Shown: positions 29,124-39,858, counted from the stretch's first letter. The stretch: 64,000 nt of DNA from Phycisphaerales bacterium (GCA_028279375.1 JANQNW010000003.1:117256-181255); one strand, 5' to 3'. Made by a program: numbers and translations. The notes: generated by a model from the sequence alone, not told the origin.

Positions 29124-30137
29124 ATGGGCGAATCGAGCGCATCCACTCGCGTCAGTGACCGGTCGCTGATACCGGACGACTGTCCATCGTGCGAAGAGCA
29201 CACGATGAGCTGTATGGAGGTGTGGGGTGGGAATCACCTCACGTTCAGCGAAGTGGACATGCCGGGGCTCTCTGCGCACGTGCTTTCGGCGCCCTTCGAC
29301 AACGCAGAGTACGGAGGCGACATCCACTACGTGTCGAGCTGCGCCACGGGACGCGTGACGCGCGTTCTCGTCGCGGATGTCTCCGGGCATGGTGAGGCAG
29401 TCGCCTCCATCGCCGACTCGCTGCGCTCCTTGATGCAGCGATTCGTGAATTATGTGGATCAGCGTCGATTCATGGACGCGCTGAATCGCCAGTTCACAAA
29501 GGACGACCACGATGGCGCATTCGCGACAGCGATCGCCGTGTCCTATTGGGCGCCGACGGGCTGTCTTGCGATCTCCAACGCTGGCCATCCGCCGCCGCTG
29601 GTGCGTGATGCGGCGACGGGTCGATGGCGCGTCGCGTTCCGCAGACGAAAAGACGAATCCGATGTGGCGCACGATCTCCCGCTCGGCGTCATATCGCCGG
29701 TCGCCTACGACGAGGTCGAGGCGCCGATGCGCCCGGGCGACCTCGTGCTGCTCTATTCCGACTCGCTCATTGAATCGCGCGACGTCGACGGGAAAGAACT
29801 TGGAGAGGAGGGGCTCGTGCGCATCGCCGAGTCGCTCGGCGATCTCGCGGCGTCAGAGTTCGTTCCGGCGCTTGCGGAGCGGGTGCGTCAGCGCGCCGTC
29901 AACGAGCGCATCGAGGACGACGTCACGATCCTCGCGCTCTCCGCGGCGCCGGAGGCACGCTATCGCATGGGCGTGACTGACTGGGCGCGCGCCATGGCTC
30001 GATTCTCGCGATTCATCGGGAGAGCGATGGTCGGGCGCCGTCGCGAGATACCCTGGCCCGAGATGACGATCTCGAATATCGGCGGCGCGCTCATCCATCG
30101 ACTCAATCTGCGGCGACGGACGCCTGAGCAGGAATAG
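29124..30137 (+). CDS. SpoIIE/RsbU-like PP2C phosphatase (minimal, no sensor domain), paralog 1.
   Basis: CMEVWGGN N-terminal block, GGDIHYV, ADVSGHG, and a C-terminal TILAL-type metal-binding block. Confidence 0.75.
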   Translation: MGESSASTRVSDRSLIPDDCPSCEEHTMSCMEVWGGNHLTFSEVDMPGLSAHVLSAPFDNAEYGGDIHYVSSCATGRVTRVLVADVSGHGEAVASIADSLRSLMQRFVNYVDQRRFMDALNRQFTKDDHDGAFATAIAVSYWAPTGCLAISNAGHPPPLVRDAATGRWRVAFRRRKDESDVAHDLPLGVISPVAYDEVEAPMRPGDLVLLYSDSLIESRDVDGKELGEEGLVRIAESLGDLAASEFVPALAERVRQRAVNERIEDDVTILALSAAPEARYRMGVTDWARAMARFSRFIGRAMVGRRREIPWPEMTISNIGGALIHRLNLRRRTPEQE

Positions 30138-30164
30138 ACGCCCCGCGTCCGATGTTCGCTCGGC

Positions 30165-31034
30165 GTGAAGCCGAACAGTGAGCCAACTCGGGATTCGCAC
30201 GCGCTGCAATGCATGGAGATCTGGGGCGGGAATACAAGCGCCGACGACGCGATTTCCGTTCCGGGTGTTGACGCCTGGATCTACAGCCAACCCTTCGAAA
30301 GGGACGACAGCGGCGGAGACATTCATTACGTCTCGATGTGCGGCGCCGGGAAGATCTCGCGATTCGTCATCGCCGATGTCTCAGGCCACGGCTCCGGGGT
30401 GTCCGAACTCGCGGTTTTCCTTCGCGACCAGATGCGTCGTCACATCAACACGCTCGATCAGGCGCGGTTTGCGCGATCACTGAATACGGAGTTCACGCGC
30501 CATGCAAAGGCGGGCGTGTTCGCGACGTCCATCGCAGCGACTTACTTCGCGCCGACCGATCACCTTGTCGTGTGCAACGCCGGCCACCCGCGTCCGCTTC
30601 GCTTCAGCGCACAGCGGGACGCATGGGAGTTTCTCGGGGAGTCTGGCGTCTTCGAACATGAGGAAGTCGGCGAAGTGGGCAATCTCCCGCTGGGGATCAT
30701 CGAGCCGACCTCGTATCTGCAGTACGCGGTGAGCCTGGCGCCGGGCGATCTGATTGTGCTCTACACGGACTCGCTGATTGAGACTCCATGTAAGGAAGGA
30801 GGCCTGCTCGGGGAATCCGGGTTGCTTGATGTCGTGGCGCGCGTTGGCTCGTCGCGTCCGGAGTCCTTCTCTGGCGACCTGCTCGCGGAGATCGAGAGCA
30901 CGTGCGGCGCTGCGCCTTCGAACGACGACGTGACCGTCCTCGTCCTTCATCACAACGCGTCGAATCCGCCGAAGCAGTCGCTTGGCGAGAAGATGCGCGT
31001 CATGGCCCGCCTGGTGGGCCTCCAGCAGGTCTGA
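30165..31034 (+). CDS. SpoIIE/RsbU-like PP2C phosphatase, paralog 2 (tandem duplicate).
   Basis: CMEIWGGN, GGDIHYVSMCGAG, ADVSGHGSG, DDVTVLVL. Confidence 0.75.
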   Translation: MKPNSEPTRDSHALQCMEIWGGNTSADDAISVPGVDAWIYSQPFERDDSGGDIHYVSMCGAGKISRFVIADVSGHGSGVSELAVFLRDQMRRHINTLDQARFARSLNTEFTRHAKAGVFATSIAATYFAPTDHLVVCNAGHPRPLRFSAQRDAWEFLGESGVFEHEEVGEVGNLPLGIIEPTSYLQYAVSLAPGDLIVLYTDSLIETPCKEGGLLGESGLLDVVARVGSSRPESFSGDLLAEIESTCGAAPSNDDVTVLVLHHNASNPPKQSLGEKMRVMARLVGLQQV

Positions 31035-31205
31035 AATTCGAGGCCTATTGTTCCCAAGAAATAGGCGTGGGAACACCTTAATACAGCCATAACGTGTCGA
31101 ACTCAGTGCTCGCGGGGACATGCGCCTCGCTGAGACCGGCTGTACCATTTCACAACAGAGCGCGCGCGGATCGCGGGGATTCGCGCACTACGAAGGAGGC
31201 CATCC

Positions 31206-32795
31206 ATGACCACCATGCTACTCGTCTCGACAGGCGTCATTCTCGCCGTTCTCGTCCTGACGCTCATTCCGAAGGCGCCGACGCCAAGCGCGAAAGCGGG
31301 CATCGGACTCTTCTCGCTCGCCGTGTTGTTCGCATTCGTCTTCGCGAGTTCGTTCCGATACGTCGGCGACGATGAAGTCGGCGTTGTGATCAAGGCGATC
31401 GGCGGCAGAGACCTCCCGGAAGGTCAGATTATCGCGACGAAGGGCGAGAAGGGGCCGCAGGCGCGCGTCCTCGCGCCGGGCTGGCACAGTGGACTGTGGC
31501 CGGTCATCTTCAAGCTCGAGCTCCGTAAGCAGTTGCAGATCAATGACAACGAGGTTGGACTGATCCTGGCGCGCGACGGCAAGCCGCTTCCCGAGGGAAC
31601 CGTATTCGCTCCGCAATGGGATGACACGAACTTCAAGGACATGCTCGACGCCGAGCACTTCCTGACCGATGGCGGCGGCTTCAAGGGCCCGCAGACGTCC
31701 GTGTTGCGCCCTGGCACCTATCGCTTCAATCATCGGCTCTTCGAGATTCGCACGGTTCCGGTCACCAATGTCCAGAAAGCCACTGTCGGCGTCGTGAAGT
31801 CGAATGTCGGCGACCGCGCCGATGATGGCGACGGCTCGCCGCTTGAGCTCGTCGATCGCGGTTTTCGCGGCATCTGGAACACGCCGTACTACCCGAGCAA
31901 GCTCTATCTGAACCCTGAGGCCTTCGAAGTCACCACGATCTCCACCGAGGAGAAGACCGTCGAGTACACGAAGGCCGAGAAGACCGAGGCGCAGCGCGAG
32001 ATCACCGTGCGCTCCAAGGACGGCTTCACATTCCCCGTGGATGTGCGCATCGAGTATCAGATCAAGCCCGAGGACGCGCCGCTGGTCGTTGCGAAGTTCA
32101 CCGACGACGGCGCGGCGTTGCAGCGTCGTCTCACCTCAGCCGTTCGCGCCATCTTCCGCAACAACGCCGAGAATGAGAATGCGCTTGACTACGTGAAACT
32201 GCGATCGGCGCAGGAGGCGCAGTGCCTGACGAGTCTCAAGGATGAGATGAGCCAGTACGGCGTGACGATCAAGGCCGTGCGCATCGGCGACGTCGGCGAT
32301 CAGGAGTCTCTTGGTGAGCTACTCAAGACACAGACTGATCGCGAGATCGCGGTGCAGGAGCAGTTGACCTTCCAGGAGCAGCAGCGCGCCGCTGAACAGC
32401 GCAAGGCGCTGACGCGCACCGAGCAGGAAGCTGAAGAAGAGAAGCGTCTCGCGACGTCGGATTACCAGGTCCGCATCGCGGAGAAGGAGAAGGAGCAGCG
32501 CATCATCGCCGCCCAGGGTGAAGCCGAGGCCATTCGCATCAAGGCCGACGCCCAGGCCCAGGCCTTCTCGATGATCGCGGCGCAGATCGGCCAGGGCAAT
32601 GCGGCGCTGATCGAGTTGCTCGAGATCGTCGGCGAGAAGGGCGTGCAGATCACGCCGCGCGTGATGGTCGTCGGCGACAACGCCTCGAGCGGAACTTCTC
32701 CCGAGACCACGGCGCTCATCGGAACCATGCTCGATTCGATGATCGACAAGAACGCGCAGGGCGCCCGTCAGAGCGCGTCGCGCGACGAGAACTGA
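31206..32795 (+). CDS. Flotillin-like SPFH/Band-7 domain membrane protein.
   Basis: N-terminal TM, an SPFH domain, and a long EA-rich coiled-coil flotillin tail (QEQQRAAEQRKALTRTEQEAEEEKR...). Confidence 0.8.
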   Translation: MTTMLLVSTGVILAVLVLTLIPKAPTPSAKAGIGLFSLAVLFAFVFASSFRYVGDDEVGVVIKAIGGRDLPEGQIIATKGEKGPQARVLAPGWHSGLWPVIFKLELRKQLQINDNEVGLILARDGKPLPEGTVFAPQWDDTNFKDMLDAEHFLTDGGGFKGPQTSVLRPGTYRFNHRLFEIRTVPVTNVQKATVGVVKSNVGDRADDGDGSPLELVDRGFRGIWNTPYYPSKLYLNPEAFEVTTISTEEKTVEYTKAEKTEAQREITVRSKDGFTFPVDVRIEYQIKPEDAPLVVAKFTDDGAALQRRLTSAVRAIFRNNAENENALDYVKLRSAQEAQCLTSLKDEMSQYGVTIKAVRIGDVGDQESLGELLKTQTDREIAVQEQLTFQEQQRAAEQRKALTRTEQEAEEEKRLATSDYQVRIAEKEKEQRIIAAQGEAEAIRIKADAQAQAFSMIAAQIGQGNAALIELLEIVGEKGVQITPRVMVVGDNASSGTSPETTALIGTMLDSMIDKNAQGARQSASRDEN

Positions 32796-33066
32796 ACCCG
32801 GTTCGTCCGGGTTGATGAATGACACGACGCCGGGCCCGAGCCACGCTCGAGGCCCGGCGTTCGTGCGCTGGGAGGCAAGCTCGCCTCCATCCGAGACACG
32901 TCCCGATCCCGGACCAGATGCACCGATGACGGGAATGCTCTGAGATGTCCGGGGTCGGCCGCGCGCTGGCGGAGCATTCGCGATTTCGCCGACTCTTCGG
33001 GATGATCGGGGACGATCGCGCTATTCCGACTGAACCGGAAGTCCGCCTCGTCGGTCGAAATCCAGA

Positions 33067-33723
33067 ATGGACGCAAGCCCACGCCAATCAGACGACATCC
33101 TCAGGTCGATGCCCAGGCGAGAGCATCAAGGCGCCGCCCACCTGATCGCCGCCACAGGACACACGCTCAGCCCCGATGCGTTCGCGGCGGAGTACCAGTC
33201 CGCGTGGCGGCGCCTCTGGTGTATCGCTGCCTCCGTGCTGGGCGACCGCGCCGCCGTGGATGATGTGTTGCAGGAGGCGGCGATCATCGGCCTGCGGAAG
33301 ATCGAGGACTTCGAGCCGGGCACGAGCTTCACTGCATGGATGGGTCGCATCGTTCGGAATGTCGCATTGAATGAAGGACGACGGAAATTGCGATCCAGAG
33401 TCGTCAGCGTCGAACCGGCGACGCTGGCGGGTGCCGCCGATGACGCCGGTCAGGCACGGGATGCGGAGGTGGCGATGGCCGCCGATGCCTTCGATGGGCG
33501 TGTGCTCGAGGCGCTGAATCGGTTGAGCGAGGTCGCGCGGACATGTCTGCTGCTCCGGACGCTGCACGACATGAGCTATGCGGAAATCGCGCACGTGACC
33601 GGTGTGCCAGAGGGCACGGCGATGAGCCACGTGCATCGGGCGCGCAAGGAGATGCGGGAGAAACTTGCGGCGCATTTCGGGGGTGGGGGGAATGGGGAAT
33701 CTGACTCAGGGGATGATCGTTGA
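33067..33723 (+). CDS. ECF-type RNA polymerase sigma-70 factor.
   Basis: Region 2 VLQEAAIIGLRKIEDFEPGTSFTAWMGRIVRN and region 4 MSYAEIAHVTGVPEGTAMSHVHRARKEMR. Confidence 0.8.
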   Translation: MDASPRQSDDILRSMPRREHQGAAHLIAATGHTLSPDAFAAEYQSAWRRLWCIAASVLGDRAAVDDVLQEAAIIGLRKIEDFEPGTSFTAWMGRIVRNVALNEGRRKLRSRVVSVEPATLAGAADDAGQARDAEVAMAADAFDGRVLEALNRLSEVARTCLLLRTLHDMSYAEIAHVTGVPEGTAMSHVHRARKEMREKLAAHFGGGGNGESDSGDDR

Positions 33724-34490
33724 AACAGGATGACTCCAACGACATGTCGAGGCTGGACGCCTATCTCGACGACGCGATGGACGCGCAGGAGAAGGCCGCA
33801 TTCGAACGCGAACTCGAGCGCGACGAGTCGCTCAGGATGGAGCTTGAGCTGCAGCGGCGCGCCGATCAAGCGCTCGAGCGCCTGTATGCGCCAGACGCCG
33901 ACGCAGCCCCGTCGATTCCGGTCGTATCACGAAGCGCGTCCATCCGTCGATCGGGCGGCGCACTTCGTGTGTACGCGATCGCCGCGACGCTGACGCTGGC
34001 CGCCATCGGCGCATGGTTCGGATGGTCTCAGTGGCAGATCGCGTCAAGCCATGTCTACGGGCCGACTGAACTCGCTAAGGATCTTGACAGGCTGTACCGC
34101 TCCCATCGCGACGCCGGATTCGAGCCGAAATGGGTGTGCCGTAATGAGGAGGAGTTCATCGAGTATTCGACGGCCCAGCTGGGGCGCCCGCTGCTCTTCG
34201 AGGAGGGCGTCGAGGGGGTGACGGTCGTCGGCTGGGATCGAGGAGTGCCCGCAATCGGACCGGCGACACAGCAGATCCTGGTGACGTTCGATGGGCGAGA
34301 CCGGGGCGCCGTGATACTGATCGATCGCCTTTCAGCCGATCGCGAGATCACGCTTCCGGAGCGGAGCAAGCTTCACCTGCACAAACGCGCACTCGAGGAC
34401 CTCGTGCTCTACGAGATTTCGCCACGCGATACGCCCACGGCGCTCGGTCTGTTCTACGAGCCGCCATTCACACCGGCGACCGACGGATGA
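33720..34490 (+). CDS. Putative anti-sigma factor: cytoplasmic N-terminus, a single TM, and an extracytoplasmic domain.
   Basis: Its ATG overlaps the sigma gene stop by 4 nt (ATGA). TM LRVYAIAATLTLAAIGAWFGW. Confidence 0.55.
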   Translation: MKQDDSNDMSRLDAYLDDAMDAQEKAAFERELERDESLRMELELQRRADQALERLYAPDADAAPSIPVVSRSASIRRSGGALRVYAIAATLTLAAIGAWFGWSQWQIASSHVYGPTELAKDLDRLYRSHRDAGFEPKWVCRNEEEFIEYSTAQLGRPLLFEEGVEGVTVVGWDRGVPAIGPATQQILVTFDGRDRGAVILIDRLSADREITLPERSKLHLHKRALEDLVLYEISPRDTPTALGLFYEPPFTPATDG

Positions 34491-34496
34491 CGCCGA

Positions 34497-35462
34497 CTAC
34501 CGATAGACCCGGTTCGCGACATCATTCGCGCCTGACCCGGCGGCCAGTTCTGACTGAATCGCCTCGATGAGTTGGACGACATAGGCGCGGATACCGGCCT
34601 CGCCGCGATCAAGCGCCAGTCCAAGAAACTCCCGAACGGCGGTCTTGTCGAACATGTTCTTTGCTGGCGGCCCCTCATCCGGCACAACTCGCGCGGGGTC
34701 GAGGCCAAGAGATTCGGCGGCGAACTGGCCGAAGCGCGTCCATTTCGTGTAGCAGTCGGCGAGATTGAAGGCGTGACCCGACGCCCCCGGCGCCTCGCAC
34801 GCGCGGAGGATCGCGTCCGCAACATCATCGACATGGATGAACTTCCCGCCCCCGCGAAACTCATCCGGTCCGATAGACCCACCCTCGATCAGTTGGCGCA
34901 CCATCGCATATGCAAGGCTTTGGTCGAGACGCACCGGTTCGACGCCATAGACGCCCGCCGGTCGGATCGAAACAGTCTCGATGTCGCCGCGCGCCTGTTC
35001 CGCCCAGAGATGCGCTTCTACGGCCGCCTTGCATGCGCCATAGACACTGCCCGGTCTGAGGGGGTGATCTTCATCGATGCGGCCATTCCAGCGATCAGAG
35101 ATGTGGTGCATTGTCGCGACGGAGCTGACGTAGACGAATCTCCGGATGCCCATCTCCCTTGCCTTCTGCAGGAGCATGACGGAGCCTTCGAGATTGCTTC
35201 GCAGATGATCCGCGGGATTCTCGGACTGAAGCGCCCCCCAATCGAAGGAGTTGTGCACCAGCGCCTCCGCATCCGAGAGCAGATCGGGCCAGATTGAGGG
35301 ATCCGACTGATCTCCGACAACGAATCGAGATATGGAGGGACGGATGTGTTCGCGCCGGGATTGTGCCCGGACGAGCCCCACAACCTGGTGTCCAGCGGAA
35401 GCGAGAGCTTTCGAAACTGAGGAGCCAATCAGGCCGGAAACGCCTGTCACCGCGATTATCAT
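34497..35462 (-). CDS. NAD-dependent epimerase/dehydratase (extended SDR).
   Basis: VTGVSGLIGSSV Rossmann motif and the YxxxK region. Confidence 0.8.
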   Translation of the reverse strand: MIIAVTGVSGLIGSSVSKALASAGHQVVGLVRAQSRREHIRPSISRFVVGDQSDPSIWPDLLSDAEALVHNSFDWGALQSENPADHLRSNLEGSVMLLQKAREMGIRRFVYVSSVATMHHISDRWNGRIDEDHPLRPGSVYGACKAAVEAHLWAEQARGDIETVSIRPAGVYGVEPVRLDQSLAYAMVRQLIEGGSIGPDEFRGGGKFIHVDDVADAILRACEAPGASGHAFNLADCYTKWTRFGQFAAESLGLDPARVVPDEGPPAKNMFDKTAVREFLGLALDRGEAGIRAYVVQLIEAIQSELAAGSGANDVANRVYR

Positions 35463-35568
35463 GGGTCATACTAGGCGACAGACCAGACAGGACACCTTGT
35501 CTTTGACACCTCCGGGGGGTCACCCTAGTTTTCCCGATTCGGAACAGGAGTCTGCCGTCCACGGCTCG

Positions 35569-36918
35569 ATGAGTCAGTCAACCTCACAATCTGGCGAGCC
35601 TGAGAAGCTCAAGATGCCGGAGGATACGAATGTCCCCTCCGCCGACGACACCGCCGGCGGCTCAAAGGGCGGCAGCAAGTCCGGCACGAGCATGGACACC
35701 ATTCTCGGCCGGCTGGTCGTCGAGCAGGGATTCGCGACTCGCACGGAAGTGCGGCAGGTCATCGATGAGCACAAGGGGCTTGAGGATCCCAGCGAGGGAT
35801 CGCTCGCCGAGTTGCTTGTCAAGCGTGACTGCATCACCGAGCGTCAACTCGATCGTCTGCGCACACTGCTCGAGGCGGAGCGCTCCGGACAGCAGATTCC
35901 CGGATTCAAGGTCCTCGGCAAGCTCGGCGCCGGCGCCATGGCGACCGTGTTCAAGGCGAAGCAGATCAGTCTCGACAGGACGGTCGCGATCAAGGTGCTG
36001 CCGCGCCGCTTTTCTCAGAACCCGGAGTTCATCTCGCGCTTCTACGCCGAGGGACGCGCTGCGGCGCAGCTGAATCATCCGAATATTGTTCAGGCGTACG
36101 ACGTCGGTCATGCCGGCGAGTATCACTACTTCGTGATGGAGTACGTCGAGGGCTCCACGGTCTTTGACCAAATCGTGCGCCACAAGCGCTACGCCGAGCG
36201 CGATGCGCTGGACATCGCCATCCAGATCGCCGAGGCCCTGCAGCACGCGCATGAGAAGGGCCTTATTCACCGCGACGTGAAGCCGAAGAACATCATGATT
36301 GCGCGTGAGGGTGTCGCGAAGCTCGCCGACATGGGTCTGGCGCGCGAGATCACCGACAAGGACGCCGCTGAAGCGGAGGCCGGAAAAGCCTACGGAACGC
36401 CCTATTACATCAGCCCCGAGCAGATTCGCGGCATCAAGGACATTACGCCAGCTGCGGATATCTACTCACTGGGCGCGACGCTCTACCACATGGTCACGGG
36501 CGCGGTTCCCTTCGAAGGCAAGAGCCCGTCGGATGTGATGCACAAGCATCTCAAGGCTGAACTCGCGCCTCCGGATCATGTGAATCCGAAGCTCTCCGCG
36601 GGGTTCAGCCAGATCATCGAGATGATGATGGAGAAGGCCCCGAAAGCGCGCTACCAGAGCTGCCGAGATCTCCTGACGGATCTCTACGCAGTTCGCAATG
36701 GAGACCAACCGGTCATCGCGCATGCGGACGTCTCAGGCGATCAGCTCAAGGATCTCGCCGCGGCCGCCGAAGAGGCTTCCTCTGGCGACATCCCGATCGA
36801 CCGCTTCCGCGAGCCCTCGCCCTTCAGCCATCCGATCGTTCAGATCATCGTCGCCATCTTCGTGGTGAGCGTGATCGTGAACGTGCTGCAGCTCATCGTC
36901 TTCCTGATGCAGGCGTAG
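35569..36918 (+). CDS. Ser/Thr protein kinase with a C-terminal TM anchor.
   Basis: GKLGAGAMATVFKA, AIKVL, HRDVKPKNIM, DMGLAR, GTPYYISPE. The start was set at 35569 to avoid overlapping the convergent epimerase. Confidence 0.8.
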   Translation: MSQSTSQSGEPEKLKMPEDTNVPSADDTAGGSKGGSKSGTSMDTILGRLVVEQGFATRTEVRQVIDEHKGLEDPSEGSLAELLVKRDCITERQLDRLRTLLEAERSGQQIPGFKVLGKLGAGAMATVFKAKQISLDRTVAIKVLPRRFSQNPEFISRFYAEGRAAAQLNHPNIVQAYDVGHAGEYHYFVMEYVEGSTVFDQIVRHKRYAERDALDIAIQIAEALQHAHEKGLIHRDVKPKNIMIAREGVAKLADMGLAREITDKDAAEAEAGKAYGTPYYISPEQIRGIKDITPAADIYSLGATLYHMVTGAVPFEGKSPSDVMHKHLKAELAPPDHVNPKLSAGFSQIIEMMMEKAPKARYQSCRDLLTDLYAVRNGDQPVIAHADVSGDQLKDLAAAAEEASSGDIPIDRFREPSPFSHPIVQIIVAIFVVSVIVNVLQLIVFLMQA

Positions 36919-36924
36919 AGCGCG

Positions 36925-37380
36925 CTACTCCACTTCGAACAGGAACTCGATCTCCACCGTTGCGCCGAGAGGCAGCGAGACGGAGCCGACGGCTGCGCGC
37001 GCGTGACGCCCGCGCTCGCCGAAGATCTCCTGAAGAAGCTCGCTCGCGCCATTGGCCACCTTTGGCTGGTCGGTGAAACCCGGGGCGGAGTTCACGAAGC
37101 ACCCGACGCGCACGACGCGCTTCAGGCGGGCGAGGTCGCCGATCTCCGCCTGCAGCGCCGCCAGACCATTGAGCACGCAGAGGCGGGCGCACTCCTGGGC
37201 AGTCTCGAGCGAGGTCTCCGGAACCGGTCCCGTCGCATGAAGCTCGCCATCGCGGAAGGGGAGCTGCCCGCTGACGACCACGAGATTCCCGGTTCTCACC
37301 GTGGGGACGTAGGCGGCGACGGGCTTGGCGACGGGAGGGAGATTCAGCCCCAGCTCGGAGATGCGGTCGATGACGGTCAT
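36925..37380 (-). CDS. RidA/YjgF family protein.
   Basis: Chorismate-mutase-like fold, C-terminal ARAAVGSVSLPLGATVEIE. The ATG at 37380 was verified. Confidence 0.75.
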   Translation of the reverse strand: MTVIDRISELGLNLPPVAKPVAAYVPTVRTGNLVVVSGQLPFRDGELHATGPVPETSLETAQECARLCVLNGLAALQAEIGDLARLKRVVRVGCFVNSAPGFTDQPKVANGASELLQEIFGERGRHARAAVGSVSLPLGATVEIEFLFEVE

Positions 37381-37835
37381 GGCGAGTTCCGTTTGGTGAA
37401 TGTTTGGGAATCGGGGGTGGAGGTCAGGCATGCGGTCGTGGAACCGCCATCCCTTGACATGCGTATGGAACAACGTAGCATTCTGTCGCTACGACAACTT
37501 GTGTGTGGAGATGGATCAGGCGTTCATTTCATTTTCTGGCACGATTGTGCAGCCTGCTCTTATGGACTGACGGACCTCTGAGCCGTCCCGATTTCGATCC
37601 GGTCCATCAACCCACCGACAACTCGACCTGCAGGATCCGCCGAGGCGTGATTGCGCCGACGGAGGGCGTGCCTGAGGGCGAATTCGCGCCCGGTATGCAC
37701 GCGGTCCCTGCAATCTGATTTCCCGAGGTTGTTCGGACTGGGTTCCCAGTCTTTCGAGCATCGATTCCGTTCCCGGGTGTGCGATTGCACGCACGGGATG
37801 GTCGCACTTATTTCACTGCATTTGGAGATTCCTCA

Positions 37836-38897
37836 ATGCACCGAATGATCCGCAACAAGAGAGAGCGTGGCTTCACGCTCGTCGAGCTGCTGGTGGTCAT
37901 CTCGATCATCGCGCTGCTCATCGGCATCCTGCTGCCGGCCCTGCAGAAGGCCCGCAAGAACGCGCTGAGCCTCAAGGACAGCGCCAACCTGCGTCAGGTC
38001 CAGAATGGTCTGGCCGTCTACGGCACGAACAACAACGAGAACTACCCGCGTCCCTCGCGCGTTGATCGCCAGGGCTTCACCGAAGGCACGCTCATCGAGA
38101 TGGCGGGCCAGACGGACGCGATGCGCTGGGAGAAGGACCGCACCTCCGCGACGTTCTCCATCCTCATCTACAACAACAACATCACCCCCGAGGTGATGGT
38201 GAGCCCGGCCGAGCCGAACTCGCGAATCGTTGAGGACGAGGACTTCCAGTTCAACTTCTCCGACGAGTTCACCGGCGCGTTCCCGAATGAGCCGCTCAAG
38301 GCTCTTTGGGATCCCTACTACCGCTCGGTCCCCGTCGAGGACACCGAGGTCACCGACGGCGTCGACGACTTCGTCGGCAACTCAAGCTACGCCCACATTC
38401 CGATCGCCCCGACGATGGCGAAGTACTCCGAGTGGGCCAACACCTTCAGCGCCAACGCTCCGATCATGGCCAACCGTGGCCCGATCTACGCCGAAGATGG
38501 CGGCAGCGGCTCGAACTTCCTCCAGACGCCCGAGAGCGGCATCTGGGATCTCTCTGAGGGCGTCGAGGGCCAGCAGTCCGATTCGCTCCGCTTCGCCGGC
38601 AGCACGCGCAGCTGGGCGGGCAACGTCTGCTGGAACGACGGTCACGTCACCAAGGAGCAGTCTCCTGACCCGGTGCAGCTGACCTTCTGGGATCCCAATG
38701 CGGCCAACGGCGGCCAGACCGTCCGCGACAACATCTTCGTCGACGAGACCAACGAGACCGACAACGCCCAGGACATCGAGATTCGTCGCAACGTTCTCAT
38801 GCGTGTCTGGGCCAGGGGCATCGACTGGCTCGCCGGCAGCATCTCCGAGAGCACGCTCACCACGGACATGTGGTGGGACGGCAACCAGGAGCTCTAA
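37836..38897 (+). CDS. DUF1559 (H-X9-DG) protein with a prepilin-type N-terminal cleavage/methylation helix. This family is massively expanded in Planctomycetota.
   Basis: [26 protein letters not shown], and C-terminal WNDGHV. GGAGA RBS before the ATG at 37836. Confidence 0.8.
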   Translation: MHRMIRNKRERGFTLVELLVVISIIALLIGILLPALQKARKNALSLKDSANLRQVQNGLAVYGTNNNENYPRPSRVDRQGFTEGTLIEMAGQTDAMRWEKDRTSATFSILIYNNNITPEVMVSPAEPNSRIVEDEDFQFNFSDEFTGAFPNEPLKALWDPYYRSVPVEDTEVTDGVDDFVGNSSYAHIPIAPTMAKYSEWANTFSANAPIMANRGPIYAEDGGSGSNFLQTPESGIWDLSEGVEGQQSDSLRFAGSTRSWAGNVCWNDGHVTKEQSPDPVQLTFWDPNAANGGQTVRDNIFVDETNETDNAQDIEIRRNVLMRVWARGIDWLAGSISESTLTTDMWWDGNQEL

Positions 38898-39002
38898 GCC
38901 TCTGATGATCGCCCGTCAGCGTCCGAGCGTCTGATCCCAGGCATCGCACGCTGGCCGGCTCATGCATACTGGCCCGACCCATTCCGGGTCGGATCGACAC
39001 TG

Positions 39003-39050
39003 GAACCGGCCGCCTTGCCAACAGGCGGCCGGTTCTACTTTTGCGCTTTC
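39003..39050 (+). terminator. Rho-independent terminator.
   Basis: 12-bp stem GAACCGGCCGCC...GGCGGCCGGTTC followed by TACTTTTGCGCTTT. Confidence 0.6.
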
Positions 39051-39061
39051 GACATTGAGAC

Positions 39062-39790
39062 TCAGGCGTAGAGCTCGAGGAATCGCCGGATGAGGCCGTT
39101 CGCCTCGGGCGTCTCGCGCAGTCGATCATCGTGGTCGCCTGTCAGCGGCGGCTGGTCGGCCAGGTATTGGGCCTGATAGACGGCGAGTCTCTCTCGAAGG
39201 CGTTGCGGCGTGAGCTCCACGTGGAACTGGGCTCCGTAGACGGGCTTCTCAGCGATCCTGAAGACCTGGTTCCCGCAGAGTTCCGAGTGCGCAAGCTCGA
39301 TGGCGTCCGGCGGCAGAGCGCTCACGCGATCGTTGTGGCCCATGTGGGCGGGGAAGACCGGCGGGAGACCGCTCAGAAGTTGGTCGCTGCGCCCGACGTC
39401 GGTCAACGTCACATCGAACGTGCCGACCTCTGAACGGGAGCGATCCGTGATGACCTCGCCGCCGAGCGCCTGGGCGATGAACTGATGCCCCCAGCAGAGA
39501 CCAAGCAGCGGCCGGCCCTCATCGACGAGACGCCGGACGACGTGCCCGAGGCGCTCCGTGAACTCATAGGTCTTGGTCACCGAGTGGACGCCGGCGCCGC
39601 CGATGATGACGACGTCGCTGTCGAGTTCCCCATCCGGAATCACCGGATCGTTGATGACGTTGAGCGACCGCACCTGCGCCGACTCGATGCCGCCCTGCTC
39701 GATGACGCACCAGCGCTCATGCTCCTGGACATCGTGCCGCTCCCTGATCTGGAGGAGCAGGATCGAGATGGTGTCGATCGACTTGGGCAT
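39062..39790 (-). CDS. Class I glutamine amidotransferase-like protein.
   Basis: LGLCWGHQ catalytic Cys block and a His/Glu region (FHVE). Confidence 0.7.
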   Translation of the reverse strand: MPKSIDTISILLLQIRERHDVQEHERWCVIEQGGIESAQVRSLNVINDPVIPDGELDSDVVIIGGAGVHSVTKTYEFTERLGHVVRRLVDEGRPLLGLCWGHQFIAQALGGEVITDRSRSEVGTFDVTLTDVGRSDQLLSGLPPVFPAHMGHNDRVSALPPDAIELAHSELCGNQVFRIAEKPVYGAQFHVELTPQRLRERLAVYQAQYLADQPPLTGDHDDRLRETPEANGLIRRFLELYA

Positions 39791-39858
39791 CTTGCATGAC
39801 ATCGGGGTCAAAAGAACGCGGCCGCCGAACTGCGCCTCGGCGGCCGCGTGTCTCAAAG

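Noticed and set aside
35332-35568. N-terminal extension of the Ser/Thr kinase ORF
   Set aside because: It overlaps the last 130 nt of the convergent epimerase gene. The kinase catalytic domain begins well downstream, and the ATG at 35569 avoids the overlap.
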